From assembly GCA_037447605.1 (NCBI GenBank), contig CM074817.1, forward strand, positions 496,001 through 560,000: a DNA stretch of 64,000 nucleotides, written 5' to 3'. Under the pieces are notes generated by a model. The model did no database searches. It was not told where the DNA came from and saw only the letters and a program-made list of their open reading frames with translations. The DNA is from Zygnema circumcarinatum SAG 698-1b. Taxonomy: Eukaryota > Plantae > Zygnematophyceae. How positions within the stretch are numbered: the stretch's first letter is position 1; each line of letters opens with the position of its first letter. Below, piece by piece: positions 10,501 through 24,900 of the stretch. A program made the position numbers and the translations under genes.

Positions 10501-13500
10501 CGCTTGTCTCTTGTCTCTTGGCACACATCTGAAGCACGCAATCCGCATGCAGGTCGAGTGTTGAGGCAGTCACCTGCCACGACGGAGGTGATGGCGGTGG
10601 TTGCGTCCGCAAAGGCTGCCGCGGGCAGCTGCGGGGCCCCCCGGAAGTGGCGGAGCTGCGCGGCCACGTCGGCAGCGGGCGTGAGCGAATGGCCGGGCAG
10701 GGCCCCCCCTTGGCGAGGCGCGGAGAGGACCTCCAGGACGACAAGCAGTAAGACCGCACCCCCTCCCTCCCCCTCCCTCTCCCTCTCCCCCTCGCTGCAC
10801 CCCTCTCCCTCCACCGTGTGCACCTTCACCCTGCACGGCCGCGCGCCGCCCCGGGCGGTGGCGGAGAAAGATAGCAGGAAGTTGATGCCCCGGCACACGC
10901 TCTCCGCTTGTATGTCGGCAGACTTTTGGCATCGCAGTCCTACCTGCACAAAGTATGGGGGTGCTTCTGACCCCGTGATGATGGCCTGGATGAATCGCAC
11001 AATCTTTCGACCCATTTCCGTCAGCTTCCTGTTCAGACTCCATCTCTCCTCGCTGGCGAGGGCCACGCTTTCGTCCTCCAGATCGGTGAAGCCGTCCCGC
11101 TCCCGAATGGAGCTCTGCGCTAAGAGCGCTAAGTATACGAGGAACAGCGGCAGCACATTCCATACGAAGGAGCTGGGGTAGTCTCGGACACCGAGCACAA
11201 GCAGCCACTGCGGAGTGGTGCTGCTCACAAAGTGGCAGTGGTCAGCGCGAGGGATCTGGTAAGCGTATTCCAACGCAATCAGAAGCTCGGAGTAGATGAG
11301 CATCATACGCCAGAAGCCCTGCCTAGGACTCGGGTTTCTGATGAGGGCGTAGCAGAACAGAGCTGCCGGGAAGACCAGCGTAAGAAGGCTGAAATTCCAA
11401 CAGAACGCCACCACCATGAAGAACCCAGTCGCGAGATCGCTGTTGTCGTGCAGCAGCCGCTGCAGGTCCCCCACCAGCTCCTTCACACGACTGCTGATGG
11501 CCTCCATACGCTTCATTTCATGCACTTTCTCGTCCTCGTCGATGGCCAGACACGCCAAATCGTCGTCCCGCTCCGTCTGATCTTCCTGTTCCAGTGGTAA
11601 CTCCGTGCTCCAACCCTCCCTACTCCAATTCTCGCCCCCCTCATTCAACGTCGGTTGATTAGCCGCCTCCACTCCTTCCTCCACCCCCACTTTCTCAGCC
11701 TGCAGCCCCCCATCAGGCACAGACCCTACATCCAAATCCGACGGAGGCGCACTCATCTGCCGCGACAGTCGCGGGCTGCCCCCTTCGGAACTGCCACCCT
11801 TTGCCGACCGCCAATCCTCCGCCCCCGCGCCCTTCTCCAGGTCCAGGATGCCCTCCAGACCAGTCATGAACAAGGACCGCACGTGCGCAATCTGATCCCC
11901 GAGTCCCCCCGGGAGGAGGATGCGGGGCCGCCCCGCGGTGCTGCTACCGCTACCGCTTGCGCTGCGCTGCCATGGCCCCCCCCCGCCCCCCCCTCCCTCC
12001 TGCCCGCCGTGCTCCTCTGCCCGTGGCCAGCTCGGGGAGGGAGCAGAGGGGGGGGGGTGGGATTCCGGGGCCGCTCCGGCGCTGTGGGCCGCCTGCTGGT
12101 TCAGGAGGTCGATGCGAAGCTGGAGGTGCGCCATGGCGTCTTTCATTCGCTTCACCTGCATTCGCCTCTGCTGCTTGCGCTCTTCTAGTTCACGAACATA
12201 TTGCAGATGTTCCTTTTTCCATGCAGCTAGGTTCTCCTGTGATCGCTGTCTTTCGCCCTCCTGCCACCGCGGTAAGGATCACGTCAGCACAAACGGCGCA
12301 AGGAGGATGCAGGATGTGTTGGGGTCAGAGCGCATCAAAGAATTTGCTCTGTTCCGGCTTGATGGCAAGCATTCGGACACCTCTGCAGGTGGAGCGCAAG
12401 CCGTCGGTTCATCCGTCGGTAGATCATTGGATGCTCAAAGATTTTGAAGCTCACCTCCTGTCGTTGCAGATACAGCACAACTTGCTTGAATGATTGAGAA
12501 CGGAAGATGTACGACTGCAGCCCAATCAGGCAGAACATGGTAATGTCCACCAGTGCTGAGCGCGCTGTTATTCGGAAGCCGTAGTCGTACTTGTAAAAGC
12601 CCACCAAGGTGAACACTTCGCATGTGTTGACAGCGCTGTAGGGAAAGGAGGGACACTGGTAGACGAGACTCGCGAAGATGAGCACAAAGTTGTAGAGGCG
12701 CAGCCAATGGAAGAGGCGGCTGCGGCGCTGGAGGAGGAGGCCGCGGATGCGGAAACACCACAGGGAGAGCGCCAAGTACCCGCAGTGCAGGAGGTCGTAC
12801 TGCAGCGTGCCTGCCGCGGAAACACATCGCTGTCAGTTTCACTTTCATGCATGTAAACTCACTCCAATGCATCCAATGCATGGCACATTTTTCTCGTCCT
12901 TATGAAAGACCCGCACCTGTGACGAAGACCAGCACGAGCACCACGTGCAGCGTGTGCCGATAGAACGCGAATCGCAGGTGATCCTGCACAGCACGCCACG
13001 TCTCCACACTCAGCTCATCTAACAAACAAGGCGGCCACAAAGCATACACAGATTCCCTCGCTATCATTATGAAAACATCGTCTGTCCCAATTCCTCACTC
13101 AATTGGCGCATGTCCCTAAAGTTTGAGCGCGAATGCATGTGGTGCATTGAACCCACCAGCCAGGTGCGCAGCTCGGCCCCGCCCTCCGCCAGGTTGAGCC
13201 ACGGCGAGCCCTCCTCGGGGGGCGCCGTCTGCCGGCCCGCCGCCCCCCGCGCGGCGCCCGCCCGCAGCTCCAAACACGCCGCCATGAACGCCTGCAAGCC
13301 TCCCCCTCTCCCGCTCGTCAGAGGGCAGGAGGGCACACTGCGCACTCTAGCAGCAGCGGCTGCTCTAGAGCATTGCATCAATCCAGCAGGCGTTTCACTG
13401 TTTAATGTTGAACAGAACTGTTACCGAGCAGGTCAACGACAGATAGACACGCGAATGGAGAAAGGCAAAGTAGTCTGAGTTACCCGAATCAACGAATGGG

Positions 13501-16500
13501 CAGATTAGCTTACCACAAAATGTGAGCATACCATCATCTGATCGTCTACAACTGTGCCTGCATTAGTCAACAACACCACGAGCAGGGCTGGCATCAGAAA
13601 CACTTTTGCGTTGACTCTCCCTCAACAATCATGCCGACAGCGACGCCTACGCATGCCAAACTTCCAGACAGGAAATTTGATCAAAGCCAATCTGACATGT
13701 TGCCCCAGACAATCCCCCGTTCCCTCTGTGCCGCAGGATGCGTCAATCTGGTTTTTCATGTTGCCGCAGACAATCCCCCCGTTTCCTCTGTGGCGTATGA
13801 TGAGAAAGTGGGTGAGAACAAGCTACCTACCGAGCCAGCAGTCCCAGCATGCGGCGTCCCCGGGGTCCTGGCTCCGCCAGCAGAGCGCGCAGTGCCTGGC
13901 GGCCCCCCCCGGGCCCCCTCCCCCCGCCAGCGCGAGGTACTGCTGCCCGAGGACGGCCCCCGCTACCAGGACGGCCGCCGGCCATGCAGCGCGGACGGCG
14001 GGTCGCGGGAGGACGATGCACAGGCCCACAATGGCGACGTACGCGAGGGAGTACATGTTGCGCACGGCAAAGGCAGTGACAAGGAACGCAAGCATGCAGA
14101 TCTCCAGTCCATATAACAGTGTGAAATTTTGCACCACGTGCTCAGCCTGTGCTCGAAGAGACGTGACTTGCGCCGCATAACGAAGCCAGCGGGCAGTTTC
14201 TACGTGAGACCAGTTGTTGCCAATGCCCCGTTCCAGCACACGCCTGCGTGGAAGAGCCATGATGTCCGCCATACTGCCTGCATCGTGCAGCCACTCCTCG
14301 TAGTTGCAGGCTCGTACTACCTCTGCCGGGCCCCGCTCAGCTATGCTCTCAGAGACTGCGCCGGACACCGCAAAACCCTGTCCTTCTACATCAGGATGGA
14401 ACCCCCCCCCCCCTTCCGACTCTCCCACTCCGCTATGACCCCTCTGCGGCGTCCCCGCAGATGAAGCTCGAGCGCTGTTCTGTTCCGAGCCCCGCCGCGG
14501 AGCGAATAGCAGGCAGGGCTCCCGCGCGTCCCGCGGGCGGAGGGCGGCGGGGAGGTGCGCTCGCCACAGGAAGGAGGCGTGCTGCAGGACGCACGCGGCG
14601 ACCACTGCTGCCTTGGCTCGCACCGCACGCTCTACGCCCAGGGCCCCCCCCTCGTATGTCTGCAAGCCCACCCACTGCCCGCCCGCCTCCCGCTGTCAGG
14701 ACTCTCGCGGCCACGCAAGGATGTGAGAGAGAGAGAGAGACCTGGCGAGAGGGGCCTAGGGTTCATGTCACGTGGACAGGAGTCGCTTATTCATCAGCTG
14801 AGAACAGGGATTGATTGGGCCATATTCTCATCGTGATACAAATTCGCACACAAGACAGTCCATAGTCATCTGGAAACCTGCGTGGACAGAGGATTCACGA
14901 CTAGTCATGTGAGCTTGTCAGTGTGCACAACCACTCGATGAAACCACAAGGTTTTCGTCAGAGGTCCGGCGGAAGTGAAGTGCAGACCTGAGCAAAATCG
15001 TGGTGTTGCTGGTGCGGCGCCATTCCCATATGCGGTGCGAGGAACTGGAAGGCGTACTCCGCAATGACTAATAGCGACGTGTAGAGAGCGAAGGCTTGAG
15101 CAGGGAGGCGGGAGGTCTTGGGCAGGAGCAGCAGGAGCAGCAGGAGCAGCAGGTAGCCCGCGCCGGTGACACTGACATTTGCCACCGCCGCCCAGAAGGC
15201 GGCGAGCGCAAGCAGCATGGCGCTGTGCAGAATGAGCGCGCGCAGACCAAAGCCCAGCCACGCCCCCGCCCCCGCGCCCCCGTGCAGCCCCCGCCCCGCC
15301 GGGAAGGCCTCCCCCTCCCCCTCCCCCTCCCCCTCCCTCTCCCTCTCCCTCTGCGCGCCGCGGTGCAGCGGGAGGAGGGCCTGCAGCAGCAGCGCGTCCC
15401 ACAGCGCGCTCCAAAGGGGCGCGCCGTCCTCCCGGCCAAAGCCCAAAAGGGCCAACTGCTCCTCGCTCAGACCCGTGCTCGCCCGCACGGCCGGGAAGAG
15501 GGAGAGGTATCGCAGGGCCAGGACGGCGCGGCAGTACACGAGGAGAGGGAGCCATAGGCGGCGCTGCAGGCCGGCTCCCAGGACCTGGCGGCCCACCACC
15601 CATACGAGGAGGCCCACCAGGTAGCCTAGGGACACAGCTGAGGGGGGTACCGCGTAGATGACGAGGAGCACAGCTAGGTAGGACGCGTATGTGGAGAGTG
15701 CCATGTACATTTGCCGGAAAAACCGGAGCCAGGGCATGGTCGCATCTGGTTCCATTGGCAACGGGAACAAAGAAATCAGCCGAAGTGGGCCGTTTGGATG
15801 GAAGCAAACGCTAACTTTTAAACCCGACAAGCTCGAGCATGAGACTGCCCGACAAGGAACTTGCTTGCTCCTTCAAATGTACCAACGAAATGCAGTGCAG
15901 TGCAGTGCAGTTGCTGCACGCAGAAAACAATTTTGAACCACATTCCAGCGGACAACCCTTTTTGGTGCGCACAGGCACACGACCAACAACACCATACACA
16001 AAACATACCGCCAACCTCCCAAACTTGCAGATGCGCCCAACACAAAGGCACAAAGGCTGAACCCTGTCCTGACCGTGCAGCCGCCACGCGTCCTCCAAGT
16101 CGTGGAAGTGCGCGGAGAGGGCCGCGGCGCGCAGGGCGGCGCGCAGGCGGGGGCCGAGCGGCGACCGGCGGAGGGCGCCCTCCAGGGACCGCACCGCGGG
16201 GACCGCCGCGACCCGCACCGCGAGGCACCCCGCGGCCAAAGCGACCACCGCCGCCTCGCCAGCGGGGGGGGGAACGCCTGCCAGCCCTGCTGCCTCCGCC
16301 GCCGAACGGAGGAGGGGACCCGTCAGACCCGCACAGCTTGCAATGCATGCATGCATGCAACGCAATCCAGCATTGCGTTTTGGGATAGCATTAGAGTGGG
16401 GTTGCACGTTTGCTGAATTGTGGAGCATCTATTGGGGACTTCGGGTCCCGAGGGCTCAACTGTGAGTGCTAGGCACACTTCTCACAAGTGGAAGATTTGT

Positions 16501-19500
16501 TTGGGGAGGGGAGGCCAGCTAACAGGCCAATAGACAAGGTCTCTCACACAACAGCGTCACGTGGGAGATCGCAGTCAAAGGCCGGCGAAAGCGCAACAGG
16601 ATCAAGCAAGGGAACCAAGAACCATAGTGCGGAAGCAGAGGGAGAGGAGGGAGAGGAGGCAGAAGCTAATGCAGAGAGAGAGAGCGGTCGCACCGAGTGC
16701 CTGCAGGACGGGCAGCCAGGGGGGCTGCAGGACGGCCGGGCCCGCCCCGGGGAGGCTGAGGACGTAGAGCGCCAAATGGTGCCCCCCCACGTGGAGCAGC
16801 AGCAGCCGCCGCGCGCCTCTCTGCACGTGCGGAGGACCCGCCAGCAGGACCACCACAGCGCCCACTGCACGCCCCCCGCCGCCCCGACCCGCGACCGTCT
16901 TAGCGCCTCTGTCTATGGGCCGAGAAAGGGGTGCTCCCATAGGCTGCAAGCAGCCCATCACTCGCAGTACATGCCAATGTATGGATGGATGCAGGGGGGG
17001 AAAGGGACTCACAATAACAGATAATTTACAGAGCCATTGTTTAACAAACGATCACAATCACTTTTCACTTCTCCTAGAGAGAGATGAGGGAGATGGCATG
17101 GCTTCGGTAAAAAGTAGGTGCTTGTGCTCAGTAAAACAGCGAAGGAAGATGTCGTACACCCATACATGAGAGGGCACGTGCTGCGAGATATATTGTAAAT
17201 TGAAACTGTGAAATAGACAATCGTATTGTCATTCTGTTATGCACGCGGGGAAGGCGTTGCCTTGTCCTTAGCCTACATCTTTAGCATTGTCCGGGGATGA
17301 ACAAAGCAGCAAGGGCAGGCAGCCAGGGGCGGGGCGGGGGCTCACTGTAGACGGCGTGCACAAGGTCGAGTGCGGCACTCGCCAGCACAAAGAGCATCGC
17401 AAGCGCCGCCGCAGCCGCGACCTTGCGCAGAACCCACAACAGCGCTGCACCCGCCAGCGCCGCACCCTCCCACGCTGCCGCCTCCTCCTCCTCCTCCTCC
17501 TCCTCCTCCTCCGCCTCCTCCTCGCCCCCGTCTGCAGGCCCTCTCCGCGCGCCACTTTCTAGTCAGCCTCGGAAACGATCTGGTCGATGTGAAACAGCTA
17601 CTGAAGCAGCAGTACTCACACAGCCCCTCCCCTCCCTCTGTGAAACGCGTGAAAAGTCTAATAACAAGAGCTGCACAGTAGTCACAGCCTTCAGCCTGTC
17701 ATCTATTGACTCATGAGCATTCTTCCAAAGGGAGGGGAGGCTTGAGAGCAGCAGGCAGAGACCCTCCGGCGGTGCCGCGGCGAGCAGGCGGCTCGCCGCG
17801 GCGCAGTGCAGCGCGAGGGGCGCGAGCAGCACCGCGTGTAGCGCCACCACCGCCCGCCCCCGCCACAATCCCACCAACCCCCACCTCGCCTGTAACCCTT
17901 CCCCCCCCTCCCTTGTCACTGCCGGCCTCTTCACCGACGAATGGATGGTGGATGGAGAGACGGAGGGATGGCCATCCATTCCACGCCAAACAAGTTTGGT
18001 CGTTGAACAAGCTCCCTATCTCGACCGCAAAATTTAATGAATACCTGGACCGGTTCAATGGCTCGTGTGCGAGACAGTGGCGTCCACTGCTGACAGTTTT
18101 TTTTACCGTACTTGGTCGTTAGTCGGAGAGGCCGCGTTGAAGCAGTATGCGGCCACAGCCCACATGAGGAGGTACGCCAGCAGCGCGCGGTGTGCCCGCA
18201 GCAGGGCGGCCGGGCGGGGCAGCGAGAGGGCGGCCGCGAGGAGGGCCGCGAGCACGCCGGCAGAGAGGAGGCTCGCGCAGGCATAGCTCCACCACACAAG
18301 CGCCGCGAGGCAGGCCGGCCCGCCGTACACGTACACGGTTATGTACACAGCAGCTTCGCTCCCATGCTGCTGCCTCCACACTTCTCTGCACCACCACATC
18401 CAGTATCATGTTTGAAGAAGGTCTTTCCGGTGATCAAATAATATCATCGATTTTTAGAATAGGGGCATCTCGACTCCTTGGACCACAATCACAAAACTCA
18501 TCGGTTTGTTCCCATCTTATTATTAGCAAGTGACCATCTCCTCAACCCTAGGCCTGGCATCATACACCTGTGACGTTGATGGCAACGCAAATCTCACATG
18601 AAATCTAGCACAGGGTACATGCAGTCCCATGCACTGTGAGGTTGCGGAGCACACACATGCCAAGCTTACATTGTTGGCTGCACACTAGTCGGAAGAAGAG
18701 GTTCCGATAAATCTGTTCGGCTACAGATAGCCAATTGCTGCCTGTCTAATGCTTCACAATCGCCGGCCAATACTTCCCGGAAGCCATTTGCACTGCCACT
18801 GCTGGATGCAGGCAGCTGAGCTTCCTGCTGCTCCGCCTTCAAGTCATAGACACTGATGGATAGCTGGCACGATGTTCCAGACCCATTGCTCAGAACACGA
18901 GCTTTCCACAACAATTCTCCTTGAAGGAATTTTTTCACGGGGAATGAAAGCTGTAGCAAGGAGGAGCCGGGCCATGGCTGCGACTCACCAGCATGAAAAG
19001 GAGCAGCAACGAAGCCGCCTGCGCCGCAGTTAGCCAGAGATCAAGTCCTGCAACTTCGGCGAACCGCACTAGGCCGAGCTGCGGCGCCACGGTGCGCAGG
19101 AAGTCCAGCAGCGGCAGCTGATAGCCGTACAGGAGCAGCAAATGCGCTCCCGCGTACAGCTTCAGGGGCGTGTAAACTCTGCGGACGCTTCAACGATCTC
19201 AGTGGGGCAAACATCGAGCCTCTGTTCATGCTCTCACTCCCAAAGAGGCCGCGGCAGACGCTGACCTGGCCAAGCCGTCCGCTGCAGCAGTGCACGCCCA
19301 GTGGAAGAGCCCTCCAGAGGTTGCGAGAAAGTACGGAAGTGCCAGCCACGAAGGCGATAGAGCAGCAGCCAAAAACTGAACTGTTGGCAGACCCACACGC
19401 CGCAGACCTTCGCGGCACGCGTGCATGCGGCTGCCTGCACTCAGAGCAGAATGACGGCCAGAGGTAACTAAGCTCAGCTGCGAAGCTATAACACGCCCAC

Positions 19501-21550
19501 GGGAAAGTGCTTCTAAGGGTAGATATGACGGGTGTCACCACTGTAATCAACCTGTCAAACTTCTCGTTGCAAAGGAAGTTCGTTTGGTCCGTGAACAATT
19601 TTGAAATGTATTACTAGCTCTAGAGTTTGCTGCTTGATTTTCCTGAACATTTCCCCTATTTTCCTGAAGTGGAGCTCCTCGTGTTACCATGCCTACGGCG
19701 GTGCCGAAGTCGAACGCCACTCTGTTCTTCGTGAAAAGCACATCCTGCGCTGAAGGCCACCAGCAGTTGAGGGATAAAAGCCAGAAGCAGTTCCCGGAAA
19801 ACACCTTCCGAATTCCCCTTCCACGGATTCAAGCTGCCATTCCTCGTGCACCAGCCCCGTCTTCAGTTTGAGAGGGACAAGCAAAGCGCGACACGTGACT
19901 GCACTGCTGCAAGCGGGTCCCTCAGCGGGCAGAGGAGGTGCACCTGGCGAGCCCCACAGCGTCCAGGAGGCGGCGCGCGCGCTCGGACGTCGGCCAGTCC
20001 GGCCCGCGGACGACGTAGGCCACTATAGTCGCCGACTCCGTGGTGGCGGCCAGAGCCGCCATTAGGACTACGCCGGCCCATACTGCCGCACGAACCTCTG
20101 GGGAGGGGAGGGGAGGGGAAAGGAAGCGAAAGATACGCAGATAGGGAAAAGGGTCTGTTTCGAAGTTCACATACAAACTGTGCGACGCTACTGGTATTCT
20201 AAGAAGCATCGGCTTGTAAGGTCAGTTTGAGAATCCCTCAATAATAATGGCTTTGGGACCGGCCCCTCGTGATAATCTTTAAAAACGGTGTAACTCTAGT
20301 GAGTTATTGTCGTTTGGGTTGGGTGGGGTTAGCCGGCTAACACACTGAGTAGGGCGGTTAATGAGTGCACTGTACAATCATTCAGTTCATTTGTTTCCTC
20401 ATTATCAGTTGAAAAATAGCCTCACTAGTAATGATGGGCCTGTTGTTACACCTTGTCTCAGTGGTCCAAGATAAGCCCGGCCTCCTTTGAGAACTCCATA
20501 ATGCTTATAAATTCAGAGGTGATGCCTTTAACGGGCGTGCACTTGTGCAAAAGCCAATAAGTCTCGCACTTGCCTTTCATGACATTCACACTTAGCAATA
20601 GGCCTTCCTTCGATTTCTTCAAATTTCAACAACTCGAAGGTAATGAGTGGCCTTCAGTGACGAGCACTTCACTTGAAGAGAACAGCGGTTTGCTGGAGCA
20701 GCTTATATTTTTCCGATTCGCCTCTAGGTTAAACAGAATACGTTATGCATACAGCTGGAGTGATGTTTGTTAACTTCATTAAACTGTTTAAAGAAATAAA
20801 CCGGGATAAGTGATTGGGACCTGGTCGGAATTAGTGGGCTTGGGCCGGAAAAAAGAATCGAGCCATGAAGCTATTGGCTGAATTCCGTCAGCTCCTCGAC
20901 TCTAGGATATTATGTGACAAGGAACGATTTCCGCTTAACATGGCTGAAATTCCTGTCAAGGTGACAGCTATTGCTGCTAAAGCATCATTTACTCGTGGGT
21001 ATATCATATTAAGAATGTTTTATTGCCTAAATGGTCATTGATTGTAATTTGTCTGCAACCTAGTGCCCATTCGCACGACATGGCTGTAACGTTCAAACTA
21101 TAAATGTCAGGTCACCCCTGAGCAATGGAAGCGTCCTAGCGTTGCGACTCTTCATGGCGCGAGGAGAACCGAGTAGTTTTGTGGTACACACCTCGATGTT
21201 TAGGGTGGTAAAGGACGATCGTAAATGCGCACAGAAAGGTAAGGGAGACAAGGTTCAACCTCGCAGCTGCAGCTGCGTAGCCAAAGCCCAGGCTGGGGGA
21301 GTCAGTGAAGCTGCAAGTCACAGCCGCGTGCTACTGTGAGCTTGCGGCGTGGTGCAGCTGGTCGCTCAAGCATCTTCCGTGCAGTGCCCCTTAATATATA
21401 AATGTACTGCAATCACAACTGCCCGGCTATTTTCTAAGCTTCCCATCCTTTCCATGGCCCAAGCGTGCTTGAAGCGATGTGTGCGAGAGGGGGGCGCTCA
21501 CCGGCGAGCAGCGCTGCGGGCGCAGAGGCGGCCGCGGCGGCAGCGAGCAT
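7594..21550 (-). CDS. PIEZO: PIEZO mechanosensitive ion channel (plant type), multi-exon, apparently full length
   Basis: C-terminus GLYLTFVLAVGRFIR..LRMRIPFENFPSCDRLLAICEDIYAARAEGELELEEGLFWTLIKIYRSPHILLEYTK. Internal matches: PFLYELRCVLDWSCTTTALPLYDWLK, FFIVLDRVFYL, EAPPYFVQV, GFYKYDYGFRITARSALVDITMFCLIGLQSYIF. First exons 21550-21502 and ~21280-21195 splice to MLAAAAAASAPAALLA|AAAARLNLVSLTFLCAF, matching plant PIEZO N-termini. Confidence 0.95.
17481..17523. repeat. (CCT)n microsatellite within the PIEZO locus
   Basis: Directly visible trinucleotide tandem. Confidence 0.9.
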
Positions 21551-21953
21551 GGCGGCCTCACGCGCACGCCGAGCCCTCCGCCCTCCTGCGCGCTCGCCCG
21601 CCCGGGGCCATGCCCACGCCCACGCCCACGCCTCCCCCTCTCGGCGCTGCCTCTTCTCCTCTGTCGGCGGGGAAGCTCAGCGCGGGAAAGAAGCACACGG
21701 GGGCTGCTTTGGACGGCGGGTGGGCGCGCGCGTCCGCGCCCCGTCTCGCTCTCGCGCTCTCTCCCCCTCTCCCTCTCTTTTCCTCTTGCCCCTACGTCGC
21801 CCATGTGAGTTGTCTAGCGTCTCTCCTGTCGGGCGCGACGCGCAGCGCTGAGAGAGGAAGGGGAAGGGGAAGGGGAAGGGGACCAAGGAGAAGGGGAGGG
21901 GGAGGGGGAGGAGGAGGGGAGGAGGGGCAGGGGAGTCTTGGGTCGATGGGCGC

Positions 21954-24900
21954 ATGAGCGCGCCGATGATGGGCGCTGGGTCCGGCGGCAGCAGCAGCAG
22001 CAGTAGCAATTGGCAGCATCTGCGGCGCAGCAGCAGCGCCAGCACTCTTGCCCTCGACCCGTCGCGCCCTCTCATGCGCTCTTCCCTCGGCATTCCGCCG
22101 CACCGCACGCAGCTGCCGCCCCGCATGTCCCCCCGCCCGCACCCTCACCCTCACCTTCAGCCGGTGCTGGGCTGCCGCGTGCACTGGCTCGCCGCTGCCG
22201 TTGTCCTTCTCCTCCTGCTGTTCACTCTGGCTGCCGCGGCTCTCCTCGCCGGCGGCTCCTCCGCAAAGCCGAGCCCCAAGTACGCCATAGTGATCGACGC
22301 GGGCAGCAGCGGGTCCAGGGTGCATGTGTTCCACTACCGCCCCGCGAGGGAGGCGGGGGGGCTGCCAGAGCTGCTGGGTGCCTCCAAGGCTCTCAAGGTT
22401 CGCCCGGGCCTCTCCTCCTTTGCCAGCCGCCCTCAGGACGCCGCCGCCTCTCTGCAGCCCCTCGTGCAGTTTGCGGAGGAACAGGTACCCGCCCAGCTAC
22501 GATCAGCAACTCCCATCTATTTGATGGCTACTGCTGGACTTCGAAGAATCGACAACTTCACATCCGCAAAGATACTTGCCGCTTGCACTACACAGCTTGA
22601 AACTTCCGGATTCAATTTTAGTACAACTGATGGCGCCGTCATAATTTCAGGTTTAACAATGAGCTGTGCTTCGCTTGCTTGTGCTCGTTCCCAGGGGAGA
22701 GAAGTATGGACACGTCATGACAATGCAGTTCATTGTAAAGTACAGGACAATTCAGTGGAAATCGTTGCAGTGACGATTTTTCCTTCCAAGTATCTCAGTT
22801 TTGATCGTCATGCTGGAGCAGGAATAAATCAGACAACGATTCATATTCCAAGCGGCACTGACTCGCTGCGAGGGAGCGGATGGGAGCAGGTTTGTGGGAA
22901 GGCCTGTATGCCTGGGCAGCAGCCAACTACGCTGCAGGCCTGCTGGGGAAGGCGCCCGACGAGACGAGCGGCGTCATTGAGCTCGGAGGCGCTTCTGCGC
23001 AGGTGTGCTTCTGCCGCTATGCAGGGGTGCCGGTCTTTGAGAGAGACGAGAGCTGTTGGTGAGAGGGGAAGCATTGCACTCCCGCAATCTAAAGTGGTTG
23101 TGCCTGGCTATCGTTGGACCCTGCTGAAAGCATTAACAGGAATATGGAGGAAGCTATTCGCGTAAGGTGTAATAATCACTTTTCTTTTTCAGTGGTTACT
23201 TCGTCTGCTTGCATTCTATTTCCTTTGTTTTAAAAAGCTGCCTCAATAATATCTTTGGTTAGAAGTTAGTTTTATTTGAGTCGGAAATTGTACAAGTCGT
23301 GTGGTTTGACGTGCCTAACTGGTAGTGGAATTCAACAATTCGGCTGCAGCAAGTGGTTTATTCGTCCAGTACAAAGCCACCCACTGTTTGCCCCATGCAA
23401 TCCCTTCCTGAAGTATGAGTTTCTCGGTTGTAACTTCTGAGAACTTCATTCCTTGTTGCTGAATTTGTTCTGCATCAAAGAAGCGTGAGGCAGTCTCTAT
23501 GCCTCGCCGCAGTTTTTAGCGTCGTCGTAGGGTCGGCCTGATGGCGATGGATGATGTGCAGGTGACGTTTGTCGCGGAGCGCGCGGAGGGCGGCGGAGCG
23601 AGTCTGACGCTGGGCGGCGTGCGGTACCGCCTCTTTGTTCGCAGCTTCCTCGGCTACGGCCAGGCCTGCACCCGCCCTCTTCCTCACTCCGCTCGTCCTG
23701 CTTAGAGTCCGCACTTCAAGCCGTGGGTGGAGAGCATAGGGATAATAAAAAAAATGGGAAGAAAATTTGCAGAAATTGAGTCCGCCCAGCGTTAGGGAGA
23801 GACGGTTCCAAGTTGGTCATAGGCGAAAGATGCGAGGCTCTTCCTTTTTCAGTAAAAAATGCGGAAGAAGTGGCGGAGTCTTGGCCTCAAGATACATATG
23901 AAATGAGTGGTGAGACTTAGCACGCAGCTCATTAGAAGACTTAGCTGCAGTCGCAACCATGTACCTTGGACCTAGTACTTTATCGAACCTCAGTAGAACG
24001 CTCCTCTCTGAATGAGTGTGGTTACTTCAGCATGAAGGCTCAAAGGATTTTTGGGTGGTGGATGGATACTGACAGAGAGCAGGAGGCAGCAGCTGAAGGC
24101 CTGGCGGCAATGCTGCAGCATTCTGCAGGTGCACATCTCTGTCTCAGGGCACCCTCTGGCAAGTCCGTCTACGTTGTCTGGCAGATGATACCGTGGCCCT
24201 TCCCTTTTGGAGGACGATGGTGGAACTAACTCGTCCTGTGGGCGCAGAGGCAGTGCTGAACCCGTGCCTTCAGCGCGGCTACGAGCACTCTCAGGAGAGC
24301 GCCCACCTTCCTTCGCGGCGGTTGACGGCTGCGGGAAACTTCACGAGCTGCCGGCGAATCGCAGGGCAGCTATTGGCCCGCGGCAGAGGTGGGGCCCCTG
24401 ACGGCCTTCACGTGTGCTATGGAACAAAAGACTCGAAGCACAGTCTCCATGTAGACAGGTGTCGGGCGGCTGAAGGGACCTTTTCACTGCAGCATTGTGA
24501 TGAGTTGGGACGATGCTGGAGTTATCTCATTAAAGGATTGGCTGTCTACTTGTTTTTTGAGGCAGAAGCATGCGAGCATCGCAGTGGATGCGCAATCGGG
24601 AGTGTATATGTACCCCCTCTGAGAGGCAACTTTTTTGCCACCGAAAATTTCTTCCACACAGCCCAGGTGAGGGACCTGTGCACCACCAAAAAGCGACTAA
24701 CTCCTATGTTCGGACTCTGCCGCATTTGCATTTCGGCAGGACTTCACAACTTTGCAGAAGGAATTGTAGTAGGACTGGAAACTCCTTTCAGTTTGACAAA
24801 AGTAAATTTACCTTCAGGTTGCATCGTGGGCTCTCTCCTTGCACACAGACCCCGCTTTGTGCCACTAAGTTTGCTGGCGTGCCTTCTGATTCTGATGCCT

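Noticed and set aside
20220-21130. Large AT-richer PIEZO intron as a possible TE insertion
   Set aside because: I could find no TIR, TSD, LTR or transposase-like ORF by eye.
22940-23005. Apyrase ACR4 ELGGAS instead of DLGGAS as a sign of inactivation
   Set aside because: Glu at this position is normal for the plant APY3-6 clade as I recall it, and the other ACRs are intact.
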